The translations under genes were made by a program, and so were the position numbers. A DNA stretch of 64,000 nt, taken from NCBI GenBank assembly GCA_036654095.1, contig JAVVSR010000001.1, positions 239,165 through 303,164 on the forward strand. Reading direction: 5' to 3'. The first letter of the stretch is position 1. Every line of letters begins with the position of its first letter. The stretch is from Clostridia bacterium (GTDB lineage Bacteria > Bacillota > Clostridia > Christensenellales > CAG-917). The notes beneath the pieces were generated by a model. It saw nothing but the letters and a program-made list of their open reading frames with translations. It was not told the DNA's origin and did no database searches. This document shows, piece by piece, positions 48,832-59,311 of this stretch.

Positions 48832-49902
48832 TTAGCAGTAAACTGGTAATACGCCATATATAGCCGCAAAATAAATTTTAGTAATTTCCTTGCCTGATGT
48901 AGCGGCGCTTATTTGATTTGTAGTTGCTACAATATCAACGGTAGTCGTTTTATATAAGGTGTTTAGCTGTCTAATACGAATATTTTTATAATTGTTAAGC
49001 GCAACATTTTTATCCGACAACCCTAATTCCTCAAACTTTGCTTGATTAAGGTCATAAATTACAGCGTGACCCTCGTTTGAAGGATGAACGCCATCAGTGA
49101 AAATCAACCTTGCGCCTCTAGTAGCATCTTCATCGTCAATACGTTTAAATTCACTATAAGTATCAATTAAGTACATATTTTGAGGTTTATATTCGGTAAA
49201 ATATTTGTCAATTACCGCATTTAACTTAGATAAAATGCCATATCCCAACTCTCTATATTGACTTTCGGAAACATTTAGTTTTGCAAGTTCATCGCGCACT
49301 TCTGCTTTCAGCAATTCACTATTTGGATAAACTGGATTATAAACATTTTGAAAAAATATAGTAGCGGTAGGATTGTACATTCTCAAAATTTTTACAATTT
49401 TTGAAAATTTCTCGTACGAACCTTTGAGAATACCGTCAACATACGAATTATCGCCCGTGGCTGCCCCTAAAATAATTGTATCAAACATATCGCCTGCCTG
49501 TAAAAGGTCATTACCCAAAATTGAAATATGAATAATATTAGCAGTTTTTAGATGCGTGGACGTCAAATAGGCATCATCATCGGTTTTAAGTATAATTTTT
49601 TCGGGGTCTTCGCCTTCTCCTGGTTTAACCGTTAAAAAATCAATCATATTTTTAGTTTGATGACCCGACACCGCCCTATTGATAAAAATATAATTATTAG
49701 TCTGTCCAAGTAAACCATAATATCCATAGTCTTCGCGCTCACTTAGTGGTGCTGGCCCGAGAATGGCTTCGGCGATTGAGTCGCCTAGATACACGATTTT
49801 CATTTCCTGTTTTGTCGGTTCTTTCTTGCAAGCGGTAAGCATACCGATTGTTGAAAACAATAAAATTAAGCAAATCAAAACCATTAAAGATTTTTTCTTC
49901 AT
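48832..49902 (-). CDS. SGNH/GDSL-family hydrolase lipoprotein
   Basis: Lipobox MLTAC; block I VYLGDSIAE (GDS); block III ILGNDL; block V DGVHPS. The start was set at MKKKSLM, which has a ggaggag SD. Confidence 0.7.
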   Translation of the reverse strand: MKKKSLMVLICLILLFSTIGMLTACKKEPTKQEMKIVYLGDSIAEAILGPAPLSEREDYGYYGLLGQTNNYIFINRAVSGHQTKNMIDFLTVKPGEGEDPEKIILKTDDDAYLTSTHLKTANIIHISILGNDLLQAGDMFDTIILGAATGDNSYVDGILKGSYEKFSKIVKILRMYNPTATIFFQNVYNPVYPNSELLKAEVRDELAKLNVSESQYRELGYGILSKLNAVIDKYFTEYKPQNMYLIDTYSEFKRIDDEDATRGARLIFTDGVHPSNEGHAVIYDLNQAKFEELGLSDKNVALNNYKNIRIRQLNTLYKTTTVDIVATTNQISAATSGKEITKIYFAAIYGVLPVYC

Positions 49903-50094
49903 AAACTCCTCCTCTATACAATAATTAATAAAACTATACAATTAATATTAATTATATATAACATGATATCAATAGTCAAATAAAAAGTAAAAAAATAATT
50001 ATATAAAATAAGTAAACACATTTTATATATTAAAAAAATTTACTGCAAATTAGCATAACAAAATTATGTAAAATATTGAATGTTAATTTGTAAT

Positions 50095-50129
50095 ATAAAA
50101 AAACACAAAATAAAAATTATTTTGTGTTT
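50095..50129 (-). terminator. Rho-independent terminator downstream of the nfo-like gene
   Basis: A 13-bp A/T-rich stem (50101-50113 with 50117-50129) is followed on the minus strand by a U tract. Confidence 0.7.
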
Positions 50130-50155
50130 AAAAAATCAATTCAAATAAATATATG

Positions 50156-51007
50156 TCATTTAACCATATCAAAATACAGTTTTTTCATATATGCAGAGTC
50201 CTCAGCTTGCGAACCAGCCGACTCGCAAATAATAACTGGAGTTAGTTTATACTTATGCAAGACTTCTGCTAGAGGCTCAAATTCAGGACCATATAATGTG
50301 TCCTCAAAAGTAAGATGCTTAACTTCTCCCTTTGCGGTGTACATAATTTTAGAAAAGTGAATGTGCATATTTTTTGTTTTTTCTTCACCTAATTCATTTA
50401 AAAGTTGCAAAATAATGCGCTCAAATTCAGCAGGAGTCTTTAATGTGCCGCCTTCGCGCGCATTAATATGGCCAAAATCCACGCAAGGATAAAAACTTTC
50501 ATCAATTTTACAAAACTCAATAATTTCAGCAACATCACCTATTTGCGCAAGTTTGCCCATAGTTTCAGGACAAATGATAAAATTATCAAAGCCCTCGCTA
50601 TGCTTTATAAGCGAAAATTCTTTTAATCTAGCAATAATGCGATTAATTGCCTCGCACCGTTTTTGCTTTCCTTCTGTACCGCTATGAAAAACACATCTAC
50701 GACCGCCGAGCCAACTTAAAGCGGTTAGTGATTGCAATATGTAATGATAACTAAGTATACCTTTTTCATCGTCATCGCTAGCCAAGTTTATATAATATGG
50801 CGCGTGAACAGAAAGTTCAATTCCATTTAATTTAGCTTCCTCGCCGATTGCTTTTGCCGTTGCCTCGCTTAATGAAACCCCTTTACCAAATGAATATTCA
50901 AACACATCAAGACCACGTTGCTTAAGCCATTTAGGCATTTGCAAAGTCGCTTTGTTACCTTCATTATAAAAACTTTCGCTGTTGCCCGCAGGCCCAAATT
51001 TTATCAT
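50156..51007 (-). CDS. Endonuclease IV-like TIM-barrel protein (AP endonuclease family 2)
   Basis: The spacing of metal-ligand-like residues matches the Endo IV fold: HAPYYINL, FHSG, PETMG, DFGH, HIHFS and CES. Confidence 0.7.
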   Translation of the reverse strand: MIKFGPAGNSESFYNEGNKATLQMPKWLKQRGLDVFEYSFGKGVSLSEATAKAIGEEAKLNGIELSVHAPYYINLASDDDEKGILSYHYILQSLTALSWLGGRRCVFHSGTEGKQKRCEAINRIIARLKEFSLIKHSEGFDNFIICPETMGKLAQIGDVAEIIEFCKIDESFYPCVDFGHINAREGGTLKTPAEFERIILQLLNELGEEKTKNMHIHFSKIMYTAKGEVKHLTFEDTLYGPEFEPLAEVLHKYKLTPVIICESAGSQAEDSAYMKKLYFDMVK

Positions 51008-51912
51008 AACGTCCTTTTAATCATTGCGCCAATTTCAATGTCACGCAAAATTTGCTCGTGAATTTCATCTTCGCTGTTAAATTTAACAATATTCCGAATT
51101 TTTTTATAAAACCTAACTGTAATATCTTTTCCGTACAAATTGCCCTTGTAGTTTTCCAAAAAACTTTCAACCGTCAAAGTGTAATCATTAAAAGTAGGTT
51201 TAATTCCAATATTAGTCAAGCTGTCATAAACAAAACCGTCAACTTCTACCGTTGTAGCATAAACACCTTGACTCATTTTATTTTTTTCCTCTGGAACAAA
51301 AATATTTGCAGTAGGAAATCCATATGCTCGACCCCTGCCAAAACAATGTACAACATTTCCCATTATACGATAGGCGCGACCAAGCAACTGGTTTGCTAGC
51401 GCAATTTCGCCATTTTCAATAAAAGTTCTAATTAAAGTACTGCTAATTTTTTCGCCACTTTCTGTACGCAACAACTCCATCTGTTTAACTATCGCGCCCT
51501 TGCTTGCTGCAAAAAACCTTAGCATATCAACATCGCCCGCGCCACCATGACCAAATGTAAAGTCCGTGCCGCAAACAACAGCAGATATCTTAAACTGTGA
51601 AAATAAATCAACTAAGAAGGCCTCGGGAGATGTCAACGCGTATTTTGTGTCCATAGTTTTAGCAATAACAACGTCAACTCCCAAATTTTGAAATATTGGC
51701 AAACGCTCCTCAAATGTGAACACCAGGCCAGTATTTTGTTTAAAAGTTACAAATGGATTGTTTTTAAAAGTAAAAACAGCGCATTCTGCGCCCAAAAATT
51801 CAGCAAGTTTTTTTGCTTCGTCAATTAAGCGAGTATGTCCGCGATGCACGCTATCAAACAAACCAAGCGCGACAACAATATTTTTATCATAGCCGTTTTC
51901 AACAATTTTCAT
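51004..51912 (-). CDS. ribF: Bifunctional riboflavin kinase / FMN adenylyltransferase
   Basis: GLFDSVHRGH (FAD synthetase N-domain) and C-terminal riboflavin kinase motifs GFPTAN and LE. Confidence 0.92.
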   Translation of the reverse strand: MKIVENGYDKNIVVALGLFDSVHRGHTRLIDEAKKLAEFLGAECAVFTFKNNPFVTFKQNTGLVFTFEERLPIFQNLGVDVVIAKTMDTKYALTSPEAFLVDLFSQFKISAVVCGTDFTFGHGGAGDVDMLRFFAASKGAIVKQMELLRTESGEKISSTLIRTFIENGEIALANQLLGRAYRIMGNVVHCFGRGRAYGFPTANIFVPEEKNKMSQGVYATTVEVDGFVYDSLTNIGIKPTFNDYTLTVESFLENYKGNLYGKDITVRFYKKIRNIVKFNSEDEIHEQILRDIEIGAMIKRTL

Positions 51913-52775
51913 TAAATCAACCTAGTACCGACACTTAAAATGCCGTCGATATCCTTACCTATTCCTAATAAAGCGCCATCAACATACACAGTAAAATAAC
52001 CTTTGGGTAAATCATATAGTTTAAGCATAACTCCATTTAAAACCTGTTTAGAATATTTTTTATCGACATCATATCTTGGCAAAGTATCGGTTAAAAATTC
52101 AACAGGAATTAGAGGCTTATAAATATCTTTTTCTAACTCGTCGAAAGTAATAGCGTTTTTGATATCAAACAGCCCTGACTGCGTACGAATTAAAAATGAC
52201 ATATAACCCACTGAACCTAGCGCATATGCCATATCGCGCACAATGCTTCTTATATAAGTACCACCCGAGCAAACGATGTCAAAAACGAAAGTATCATCAA
52301 GCATTTCAACAAAAGTAATACTAAAAATTTCAATTTCGCGCCCTTCTAGTTTAGCTTCTTTACCCTTACGAGCGAGGTCATAAGCGCGTTGACCGTCAAT
52401 AAATTTAGAGCTGTACTGTGGCGGAATTTGACAAATTTTACCTATAAATTTTGGTAAAACATCTAATATTTCGTCGATATTAGGCAAAACATCACTTCTT
52501 TTTGTAATAGCGCCATAACTATCTAGAGTATCGGTTTCAATTCCAAAGCGAAAGCCTGCTCGATAACATTTTCCACCATTTGCGCTATAATCAAACAATC
52601 TAACCGCGCGACCGACAGCAACAGGTAAAACCCCTGCCGCGCCCGGGTCAAGAGTTCCAAAATGCCCAACTTTGGGTAAAGTTTCAAGCCTTGCGCGAAG
52701 TATCCCTCTAAGTTTTACAACTACATCGCTTGAGGTCATACCCGTTGGTTTAAGTATGACATAAAAACCGTTCAT
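51912..52775 (-). CDS. truB: tRNA pseudouridine(55) synthase
   Basis: Catalytic motif GHFGTLDPGAAGVLPV, plus PPQYSSK and YIRS. Confidence 0.92.
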   Translation of the reverse strand: MNGFYVILKPTGMTSSDVVVKLRGILRARLETLPKVGHFGTLDPGAAGVLPVAVGRAVRLFDYSANGGKCYRAGFRFGIETDTLDSYGAITKRSDVLPNIDEILDVLPKFIGKICQIPPQYSSKFIDGQRAYDLARKGKEAKLEGREIEIFSITFVEMLDDTFVFDIVCSGGTYIRSIVRDMAYALGSVGYMSFLIRTQSGLFDIKNAITFDELEKDIYKPLIPVEFLTDTLPRYDVDKKYSKQVLNGVMLKLYDLPKGYFTVYVDGALLGIGKDIDGILSVGTRLI

Positions 52776-53752
52776 AAAATCAAATCCCGACTAGCTTTAA
52801 GTAGCTTGTCAATTACATCTTCATAAAATCCTGAAACTCTACATCCAGCTGCGCGCTCGTGGCCGCCTCCGCCGAATACACCCGCGCATTCCGACGCGTC
52901 ATATGGAGCTTTAGTACGAACGCTTATTTTATAATATTTTTCGTTGACTTCGGATACCGCTATTGCAATATCTACACCCAATATATTTATAATTTCATTA
53001 ATAATGCCTTCAGTATTGTCAATACCTGCCTCTGTTTCCAAAAAGTCTTGAGTGGTAAAAGTTATTATCCCAATGCGATTGTTTTCATAAAATTTAGCCT
53101 TATTCAACACGCGTGATTTCAGTTTAAATATGCTTAGAGTTTGCGATTTGATAAGTTTAAATATAATATCCGATGCTTTAAAGTTAAATTTAACCAATTC
53201 AGATGCAATAAAGTGTGTTTCTGTCGTTGTATTGGAAAACGAAAAACAACCACTATCTGTAACTAAAGCCGAAAACAAAAGCGATGCAGTTTCGTCATCA
53301 ATAAGTTTAGTTGTATATTTCTGTTCCAAAAATTTTATTAGATAAAAAACCACTTCCGCGGTAGCCGCAGCATTTTGGTCGCAAATAGTATAGTCGGCAA
53401 AGTTATTATTTGTTTTATGATGGTCAATAACTAACCTTGTATTAGCTTTTTTAAAATATCTTCCCGAAATAGCAAACCTATCGGCATCACTACAATCAAC
53501 GGCTATTGCAACATCAAACTTGACCAATTTTGAAGTATTAATAGTTTCACAAAAAGGTAATATTTTAAGTTTTTCAGACGGAAGGTCATCACAAAAAACA
53601 TCGGCTTGTTTGCCTAATTTTTTTAAAACTTCGGCAAGCGCCAGCGCAGAACCTAACGAATCTCCATCAGGGTTCATATGACAGATTAACGCTACTGTTT
53701 TTGCTTTGTCAAGATATTCTGAAAACTTTTTGAGTTTTAACTCGTCAATCAT
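52772..53752 (-). CDS. nrnA: DHH-family phosphoesterase (NrnA-like oligoribonuclease/pAp phosphatase)
   Basis: DHH motifs HMNPDGDSLGS, VDCSD and IDHHKTN, and DHHA1 motif GGGGHERAAG. Confidence 0.85.
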   Translation of the reverse strand: MIDELKLKKFSEYLDKAKTVALICHMNPDGDSLGSALALAEVLKKLGKQADVFCDDLPSEKLKILPFCETINTSKLVKFDVAIAVDCSDADRFAISGRYFKKANTRLVIDHHKTNNNFADYTICDQNAAATAEVVFYLIKFLEQKYTTKLIDDETASLLFSALVTDSGCFSFSNTTTETHFIASELVKFNFKASDIIFKLIKSQTLSIFKLKSRVLNKAKFYENNRIGIITFTTQDFLETEAGIDNTEGIINEIINILGVDIAIAVSEVNEKYYKISVRTKAPYDASECAGVFGGGGHERAAGCRVSGFYEDVIDKLLKASRDLIL

Positions 53753-54107
53753 CTTTGCTAATTTCCTTTTCGCTGATTTCCTTTAACAGTTTATCAATTT
53801 TCATTCCATACTCAATGCTGTCATCAATATAAAAAGCCAATTCAGGAATATTTCGAATGTTCATAAGTACTTTCAACTCATTGCGGAAAAAACCAGATGC
53901 GTTGTTTATAACCTTTAAAGCCTCAACCTTATTTTCGATATTAAGCATACTAATGTAAACTTTGCTAAATTTCAAATCCGATGTAGTTGTGACCTTTGTA
54001 ACACTTATCATCCCACCTTGCAAACGTGGGTCATTAAGTTTTTGGTTAATAATACCTGCGAGTTGTTTTTCTATTTCCGAATCAATGCGGTTAATTTTAC
54101 TAATCAT
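53745..54107 (-). CDS. rbfA: Ribosome-binding factor A
   Basis: RIDSEIEKQLAGIINQKLNDPRL...VT.V..T.DL..AKVY pattern. The start was set at MISKINR (ATG 54105-54107), overlapping the end of infB. Confidence 0.9.
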   Translation of the reverse strand: MISKINRIDSEIEKQLAGIINQKLNDPRLQGGMISVTKVTTTSDLKFSKVYISMLNIENKVEALKVINNASGFFRNELKVLMNIRNIPELAFYIDDSIEYGMKIDKLLKEISEKEISKDD

Positions 54108-57033
54108 TAATTTGCTCCATAGTAAAGGCTTCGATAACGTCGCCCTCTTTAATATCATTGTAGTTAGTTATGCCCATACCACATTCATAGCCTTTTGCGA
54201 CTTCTTTGACGTCGTCTTTAAAACGCTTTAAGCTATTGAGTTCGCCTTCAAAAATAAACGTGTTGTCGCGATAAAGCCTAATTTTTGCAGTACGGATAAT
54301 TTTGCCGTCAGTAACGTATGCCCCTGCGATTGAACCAACGCCAGTAATTTTGTATACTTGACGAATTTCGGCATTACCAAGCGAAACTTCCTTAAATTTA
54401 GGAGCAAGCATACCCTTAATTGCCTTTTCGACATCGTCAATGGCGTCATAAATAATGCGATACAAACGAATATCAATATTATCTCGTTCGGCGTTAGCTT
54501 TAGCGTTGACATCTGCGCGGACGTTAAATCCAATAATAATTGACCCTGACGTGTTTGCGAGCATTACATCTGACTCGTTAATTGCGCCGACAGCGCCGTG
54601 GATAACAACAATTTTGACTTCATCATTTGAAAGTTTAACAATAGATTGCTTAACAGCCTCAACGCTACCTTGAACGTCTGCTTTAATAATAATATTAAGC
54701 GACTTCGTTACGCCCTTTTGAATTTGAGCAAATATATCTTCAAGCGATGCGGTAGGTTTAGCAATATTCATATCAATACGTATTTTTTGTTGACGTTCGG
54801 TAGCGACTTGTTTTGCAAGTTTTTCATCTTGAACAACCATAATTGGGTCACCTGCGTTAGGTACTTCCGAAAATCCTAAAACAGAAACAGGTATTGAAGG
54901 CCCTGCAACTTTTGTAGCGCGACCTTTGTCATCAATCATTGCGCGAATTTTACCAACACAAATGCCTGCAACTACAAAGTCGCCAACGTGCAACGTGCCA
55001 TTTTGAACAAGCACCGTAGCAAGAGGGCCTTTGCCTTTATCAAGCCTAGCTTCAATAATTGAGCCACGAGCTTGACGGTCGGCATTTGCCTTTAAGTCAA
55101 GTATTTCGGCAACAAGTAAAATAGTTTCAAGCAATTTATTAACATTTTCGCCCGTTTTTGCGGAAACATAAACGACAGGAGTTTCTCCACCCCATTCTTC
55201 GGGTACGATTCCATATTCGGTAAGTTTTTGTAAAACTTTTTCGGGTTGCGCGGCGGGCTTATCAATTTTATTTACAGCAATAATTATTGAAACGCCTGCT
55301 TGTTTTGCGTGGTTAATAGCTTCAATAGTTTGAGGCATAACACCATCGTCGGCAGCAACAACAATAATAGCAATATCGGTAACTTGCGCGCCTCTCATAC
55401 GCATTGCAGTGAAAGCCTCGTGGCCGGGAGTATCTAAAAATGTAATAGGCTTATTATTAAGCGAAACGGTATATGCGCCAATGTGCTGCGTAATACCTCC
55501 TGCTTCGCCTTGCGTAACGTTTGTTTTTCGTATGCAATCTAATAGCGATGTCTTGCCATGGTCGACGTGCCCCATAATAGTAACAACGGGAGGACGCGTA
55601 CAATAGTTATCCCCGTCATCAATATCGCTAACTTTTTCAATATCGTCCAAAATATCTTCGGCTGTTTTTTCGGGTTCGTATGTTAGCTTAACGCCAAATT
55701 CGCCAGCTACCAAATCAGCAGTATCAAAGTCAATAACGTCATTGATTGTCTTCAAGATACCTAAAAGCATTAACTGTTTTAAAATTTCGCCACCTGTTTT
55801 ACCTATTTTCTCACTAAGTAGTTTAATCGGAATAATACCCGCTGTGACAACTGCGTTTTCAATTTTAGTTGAAGTAGGTTGTATAAATTCGTTCTTTTTT
55901 GGGCGACGTTTAAGATGACGGCTTGTTTCGCTTCCATCTTCATCAATAATAATAGGGTCGGTTACGATAAAGCCTTTACGGATAAGCGCGCGTTTATTTT
56001 GCGACTTTCTATCTTCCATCTGCTGTTGAGCGGGAGATTTTTTTATACCTGTTTTATTTGCAAAGTTTTTAGTAGGTTGAGGAATAATTGGAGCAGCGGC
56101 AGTAAAACCAAATTTTCCGCCACTACTTTGTTGTGGACGAGATTGACCGCCTTGATAGCCTGCGCCTTGCGGACGAGGATTATTTCCTTGATAGCCTGCG
56201 CCTTGCGGACGTGGGTTATTTCCTTGATAGCCTGCCCCTTGCGGACGAGGATTATTTCCTTGATAGCCTGCGCCTTGCGGACGTGGATTATTCCCTTGAT
56301 AACCTGCGCCTTGTGGACGAGGATTATTTCCTTGATAACCTGCGCCTTGCGGACGAGGATTATTCCCTTGATAGCCTGCGCCTTGCGGACGTGGGTTATT
56401 TCCTTGATAGCCCGCGCCTTGCGGACGTGGGTTATTCCCTTGATAGCCTGCGCCTTGCGGACGTGGATTATTATTCTGATAGCCACCCTGTTGCGGAGGA
56501 CGGGGTTGATTACCTTGATAATCTGCGCCTTGTGGACGTGGCTGACCGTCACGCGGAGGACGGTTTTCTTTTTTCGGTGTATTATCAAAAATGCGTGTTT
56601 GAATGTTTTCTTGAGGAGTTTTGTCAGCAACTTCAACAATTTCTTTCGCTACAACAACGGTTTCTTCCTTTTTTGGAGTAGCGACAACCTCGGGCGCAAC
56701 AACAGTAGCAGTCGCGATTGGTTTTTCAATGACGACTTCAACCTTTTTCGGCTCGGGAATAGGCTCAACCTTAACTTCCTTAATCGGTTCAATTACTTTT
56801 ACATTAACTTGCGCCGCTTCAACTGCCTGCTTTTGTTCAGCAAGCGCTCTAGCCTGTTCAAGTATAGCCAGTTTTTCCGACTTGATGTCAAGCAGAGATT
56901 GAGTTAAACCGCTAAGTTTTGATTTTACCTCCTTGGCTTGTTCAATTACAGGTGCAATACGCTTCGCCTTAAACTCCGAAAGCGCCTTGATACCGCCAAG
57001 CTCAGATTGGTTATTGTTTGTTTTTTCTGACAT
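54100..57033 (-). CDS. infB: Translation initiation factor IF-2 with an expanded repeat-rich N-terminal region
   Basis: G domain [23 protein letters not shown] and NKID, plus conserved domains II to C2. The N-terminal region contains a 12-aa tandem repeat. Confidence 0.97.
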   Translation of the reverse strand: MSEKTNNNQSELGGIKALSEFKAKRIAPVIEQAKEVKSKLSGLTQSLLDIKSEKLAILEQARALAEQKQAVEAAQVNVKVIEPIKEVKVEPIPEPKKVEVVIEKPIATATVVAPEVVATPKKEETVVVAKEIVEVADKTPQENIQTRIFDNTPKKENRPPRDGQPRPQGADYQGNQPRPPQQGGYQNNNPRPQGAGYQGNNPRPQGAGYQGNNPRPQGAGYQGNNPRPQGAGYQGNNPRPQGAGYQGNNPRPQGAGYQGNNPRPQGAGYQGNNPRPQGAGYQGNNPRPQGAGYQGGQSRPQQSSGGKFGFTAAAPIIPQPTKNFANKTGIKKSPAQQQMEDRKSQNKRALIRKGFIVTDPIIIDEDGSETSRHLKRRPKKNEFIQPTSTKIENAVVTAGIIPIKLLSEKIGKTGGEILKQLMLLGILKTINDVIDFDTADLVAGEFGVKLTYEPEKTAEDILDDIEKVSDIDDGDNYCTRPPVVTIMGHVDHGKTSLLDCIRKTNVTQGEAGGITQHIGAYTVSLNNKPITFLDTPGHEAFTAMRMRGAQVTDIAIIVVAADDGVMPQTIEAINHAKQAGVSIIIAVNKIDKPAAQPEKVLQKLTEYGIVPEEWGGETPVVYVSAKTGENVNKLLETILLVAEILDLKANADRQARGSIIEARLDKGKGPLATVLVQNGTLHVGDFVVAGICVGKIRAMIDDKGRATKVAGPSIPVSVLGFSEVPNAGDPIMVVQDEKLAKQVATERQQKIRIDMNIAKPTASLEDIFAQIQKGVTKSLNIIIKADVQGSVEAVKQSIVKLSNDEVKIVVIHGAVGAINESDVMLANTSGSIIIGFNVRADVNAKANAERDNIDIRLYRIIYDAIDDVEKAIKGMLAPKFKEVSLGNAEIRQVYKITGVGSIAGAYVTDGKIIRTAKIRLYRDNTFIFEGELNSLKRFKDDVKEVAKGYECGMGITNYNDIKEGDVIEAFTMEQIND
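56152..56475 (-). repeat. Nine tandem 36-nt in-frame repeats inside infB encoding (G/N)[11 protein letters not shown]
   Basis: Period-36 units were read directly from the sequence. The peptide units are identical, while the DNA units differ only at synonymous positions. Degenerate copies extend the array to 56116-56547. Confidence 0.95.
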
Positions 57034-57052
57034 TTAAATACCTCCGAATAAA

Positions 57053-57358
57053 TCACGCGTTGTTGTTTTCAATAATAGCTTTAGCAAGGTTTTCGTCTGT
57101 TATGGCGATAACCTTACAATTTTGTTTTTTCAATATATCTTCTATGGTACAACCCGAAAGAACAATTAAAGGAGAGTTTGTTTTTTCGGCATAAGATTTA
57201 ATTTGTTTAGCGGTATTTTCACCCGCCGTGCTACATAAGATAATCAATCGATGACGTTTACACCTTTTGGTAATGGAATCTGCGCCAAAAACTACTTTTC
57301 TAGCGCGAGCCGCAAAGCCAATATAACTAACAATTTTCGACGTACTTTGTGTATTCAT
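57053..57358 (-). CDS. ylxQ: L7Ae-family RNA-binding protein YlxQ
   Basis: 101 aa with the pattern GFAARARKVVFG...I.. It lies between ylxR and infB, as in Bacillus. Confidence 0.8.
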   Translation of the reverse strand: MNTQSTSKIVSYIGFAARARKVVFGADSITKRCKRHRLIILCSTAGENTAKQIKSYAEKTNSPLIVLSGCTIEDILKKQNCKVIAITDENLAKAIIENNNA

Positions 57359-57599
57359 CTAAAATCCTTTGATAAACGTCCTCATCAACAGAACATTCAA
57401 AAATCCTATTAAGCATTTTTTTTGTTACGCATTTTTTAATGCAAACATCATTTTTGCAAATATACGCGCCACGACCAGCTTCCTTACCTGTAAAATCCAA
57501 AACTATGCCGTTGTCATTTTTAACCAACCTAAATAAGTCGTGTTTGGGAAACATTGTTTTACAAACGACGCACATACGCATAGGTTCTTTCTTAGACAT
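57327..57599 (-). CDS. ylxR: YlxR/RnpM (DUF448) RNA-binding protein
   Basis: RMCVVCK...K..L.R.V, GRGAYIC motif, and position immediately after nusA. Confidence 0.85.
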   Translation of the reverse strand: MSKKEPMRMCVVCKTMFPKHDLFRLVKNDNGIVLDFTGKEAGRGAYICKNDVCIKKCVTKKMLNRIFECSVDEDVYQRILDEYTKYVENC

Positions 57600-58701
57600 T
57601 TTCCTTTACCTCGACAGAAGTGTCGCTGACAGGTTTTTCCTCATCGGAATTAAGTTCGCGCATAACCGAGCTTAAAGGTTTAACGTCAATTTTCCAGCCT
57701 GTTAGTTTAGCTGCAAGTCTAGCGTTTTGACCTTGCTTACCTATTGCAAGCGAAAGTTTTTCATCAGCGACTACAACTCGCGCCGATTTTTCTTGGGCAT
57801 TAATTTGCACCATATGAACAGGAGCTGGGCTTAGCGCTCTAGACACATATTCAAGTGGGTCTACGCAATATGCTATGACATCAATTTTTTCGCCATTAAG
57901 CTCGGCAACAATAGCGTTTACGCGCGCGCCCTTTTGACCGATACACGCGCCAATAGCGTCAACAGATGAGTCGTCACTTGAAACAGCAATCTTCGTACGA
58001 TATCCTGCCTCGCGAACAATGCCGTTAATTTTAACTAAACCGCCACGAATTTCAGGGACTTCAAGTTCAAACAGCCTTTTTACAAAGCCAGCCGCCGAAC
58101 GAGATACCACAACTTGCGCGCCGAAATTTGTTGTTCTAACTTTTTTAATATAAACTTTAATAACGTCATTAATTTCAAGCCTTTCGGTTGGTACTTGGTC
58201 AGCAAGCGCCAGTATGCCTTCCATTTGATTGCCCGTAATATCTACAAAAATATTAGTACCTTCTTTTTTACGAACTATTGCGCTAAGAATTTCCCCTTCG
58301 CGCTGAGTCATCTCATTCATAACAATGTCACGACGAGCGTCATTAAGTCGCTGCATAATAACTTGCTTTGCAGTCTGCGCTGCAATACGAGAAAACTGCT
58401 TAGGCGTAATATCCTCAAGCACCACATCGCCAATCTTGTAGCTTGCCTTTAATGCGCGAGCATCTTCAACTGAAATTTCCTTATCTTCATCAAGCACTTC
58501 CTCTACAACTTGTCTATAAGCAAAAATTTTGATGGTGTATCTGTCTTCGTCAATGCGCACGGTAACTTGTCTTGTTTCGCCAGTTTCCTTTTTGTACGCA
58601 AAAACTATGCCAGCTTCAAGCGCTTCAAGCAGTTTGTCGCGACTGATTTTCTTTTCTTTTTCAAGTACATCCAGTGCCGCAAAGAATTCTTTGTTTACCA
58701 T
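57592..58701 (-). CDS. nusA: Transcription termination/antitermination factor NusA
   Basis: N-terminal domain, S1 domain and two KH domains (ACIGQKGARV, LAIGKQGQNARLA). Confidence 0.95.
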   Translation of the reverse strand: MVNKEFFAALDVLEKEKKISRDKLLEALEAGIVFAYKKETGETRQVTVRIDEDRYTIKIFAYRQVVEEVLDEDKEISVEDARALKASYKIGDVVLEDITPKQFSRIAAQTAKQVIMQRLNDARRDIVMNEMTQREGEILSAIVRKKEGTNIFVDITGNQMEGILALADQVPTERLEINDVIKVYIKKVRTTNFGAQVVVSRSAAGFVKRLFELEVPEIRGGLVKINGIVREAGYRTKIAVSSDDSSVDAIGACIGQKGARVNAIVAELNGEKIDVIAYCVDPLEYVSRALSPAPVHMVQINAQEKSARVVVADEKLSLAIGKQGQNARLAAKLTGWKIDVKPLSSVMRELNSDEEKPVSDTSVEVKENV

Positions 58702-58751
58702 AGTTCCTCCTCCGTTGGACGAACATTGCCCAACAGCGTTTATATTTAGTT

Positions 58752-59237
58752 TTATTTAAAGTTAATTGTTTGTGTGGCTTTTTTAATATTGTCAAACATA
58801 ACAACATACGTATTCGTAACAGGCTTTGCTTTTTGCACGGTTTCCACAATGCGAACGCTATCCGTCATAACTTCGTCAACAATGCCACTAATTTTTTTAA
58901 CACCATTTACAGGCTGAATAAAAGAAACATCGACATTTTTGCCAAAACAACGTCTAAAATCATCAAAGTTTTTAAGCGGCCAGTCTAAACCCATTGACGA
59001 AACCTCAAGCGTATAAGGACGGTCATCTAAATAGTTGATATCATCTAACGGGCTGTCAATAGCCTTATGAACATCCTCACAGTCCTTTAAACTCATTATG
59101 CCATTGGGCTTAAAAATAATAACAGTCACGGTATCAATGCCATAAGGTTTATGAAGCTTCACATAAACTAGCTCATAGCCAAGACTTTCAACAATCGGCC
59201 TGACACAATTTTCAATTTTAATCAAATCGTTTTCCAT
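58752..59237 (-). CDS. rimP: Ribosome maturation factor RimP
   Basis: Pattern LGYELVYV...LEVSSMGLDWPLK. It is the first gene of the rimP-nusA-infB operon. Confidence 0.9.
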   Translation of the reverse strand: MENDLIKIENCVRPIVESLGYELVYVKLHKPYGIDTVTVIIFKPNGIMSLKDCEDVHKAIDSPLDDINYLDDRPYTLEVSSMGLDWPLKNFDDFRRCFGKNVDVSFIQPVNGVKKISGIVDEVMTDSVRIVETVQKAKPVTNTYVVMFDNIKKATQTINFK

Positions 59238-59253
59238 AGTTTACCGCCCTTTC

Positions 59254-59286
59254 AAAAAGTTAGAGTGGACTCGAAAGCCCACTCCA
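59254..59286 (-). promoter_or_regulatory. Terminator-like leader hairpin (possible attenuator) upstream of rimP
   Basis: The minus-strand RNA UGGAGUGGGCU-UUCG-AGUCCACUCUA forms an 11-bp stem (including G-U pairs) capped by a UUCG tetraloop. It is followed by AC and UUUUU (59254-59258), about 17 nt before the rimP ATG. Confidence 0.45.
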
Positions 59287-59311
59287 CACTTACTGTTATT
59301 CTAGCATAGAT

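Noticed and set aside
56152-56475. A regular 36-nt repeat array that might look like a CRISPR array.
   Set aside because: The units are directly adjacent with no spacers. They are in frame within infB and encode an identical peptide. No cas genes or leader are present.
55879-56907. Very long plus-strand ORFs (342 aa, 182 aa) and a second-frame minus-strand ORF (198 aa) across the infB repeat region.
   Set aside because: They arise because the 36-nt repeat lacks stop codons in several frames. Their products are repetitive nonsense (LIACALRT..., [10 protein letters not shown]...), and the infB frame has unambiguous IF-2 homology.
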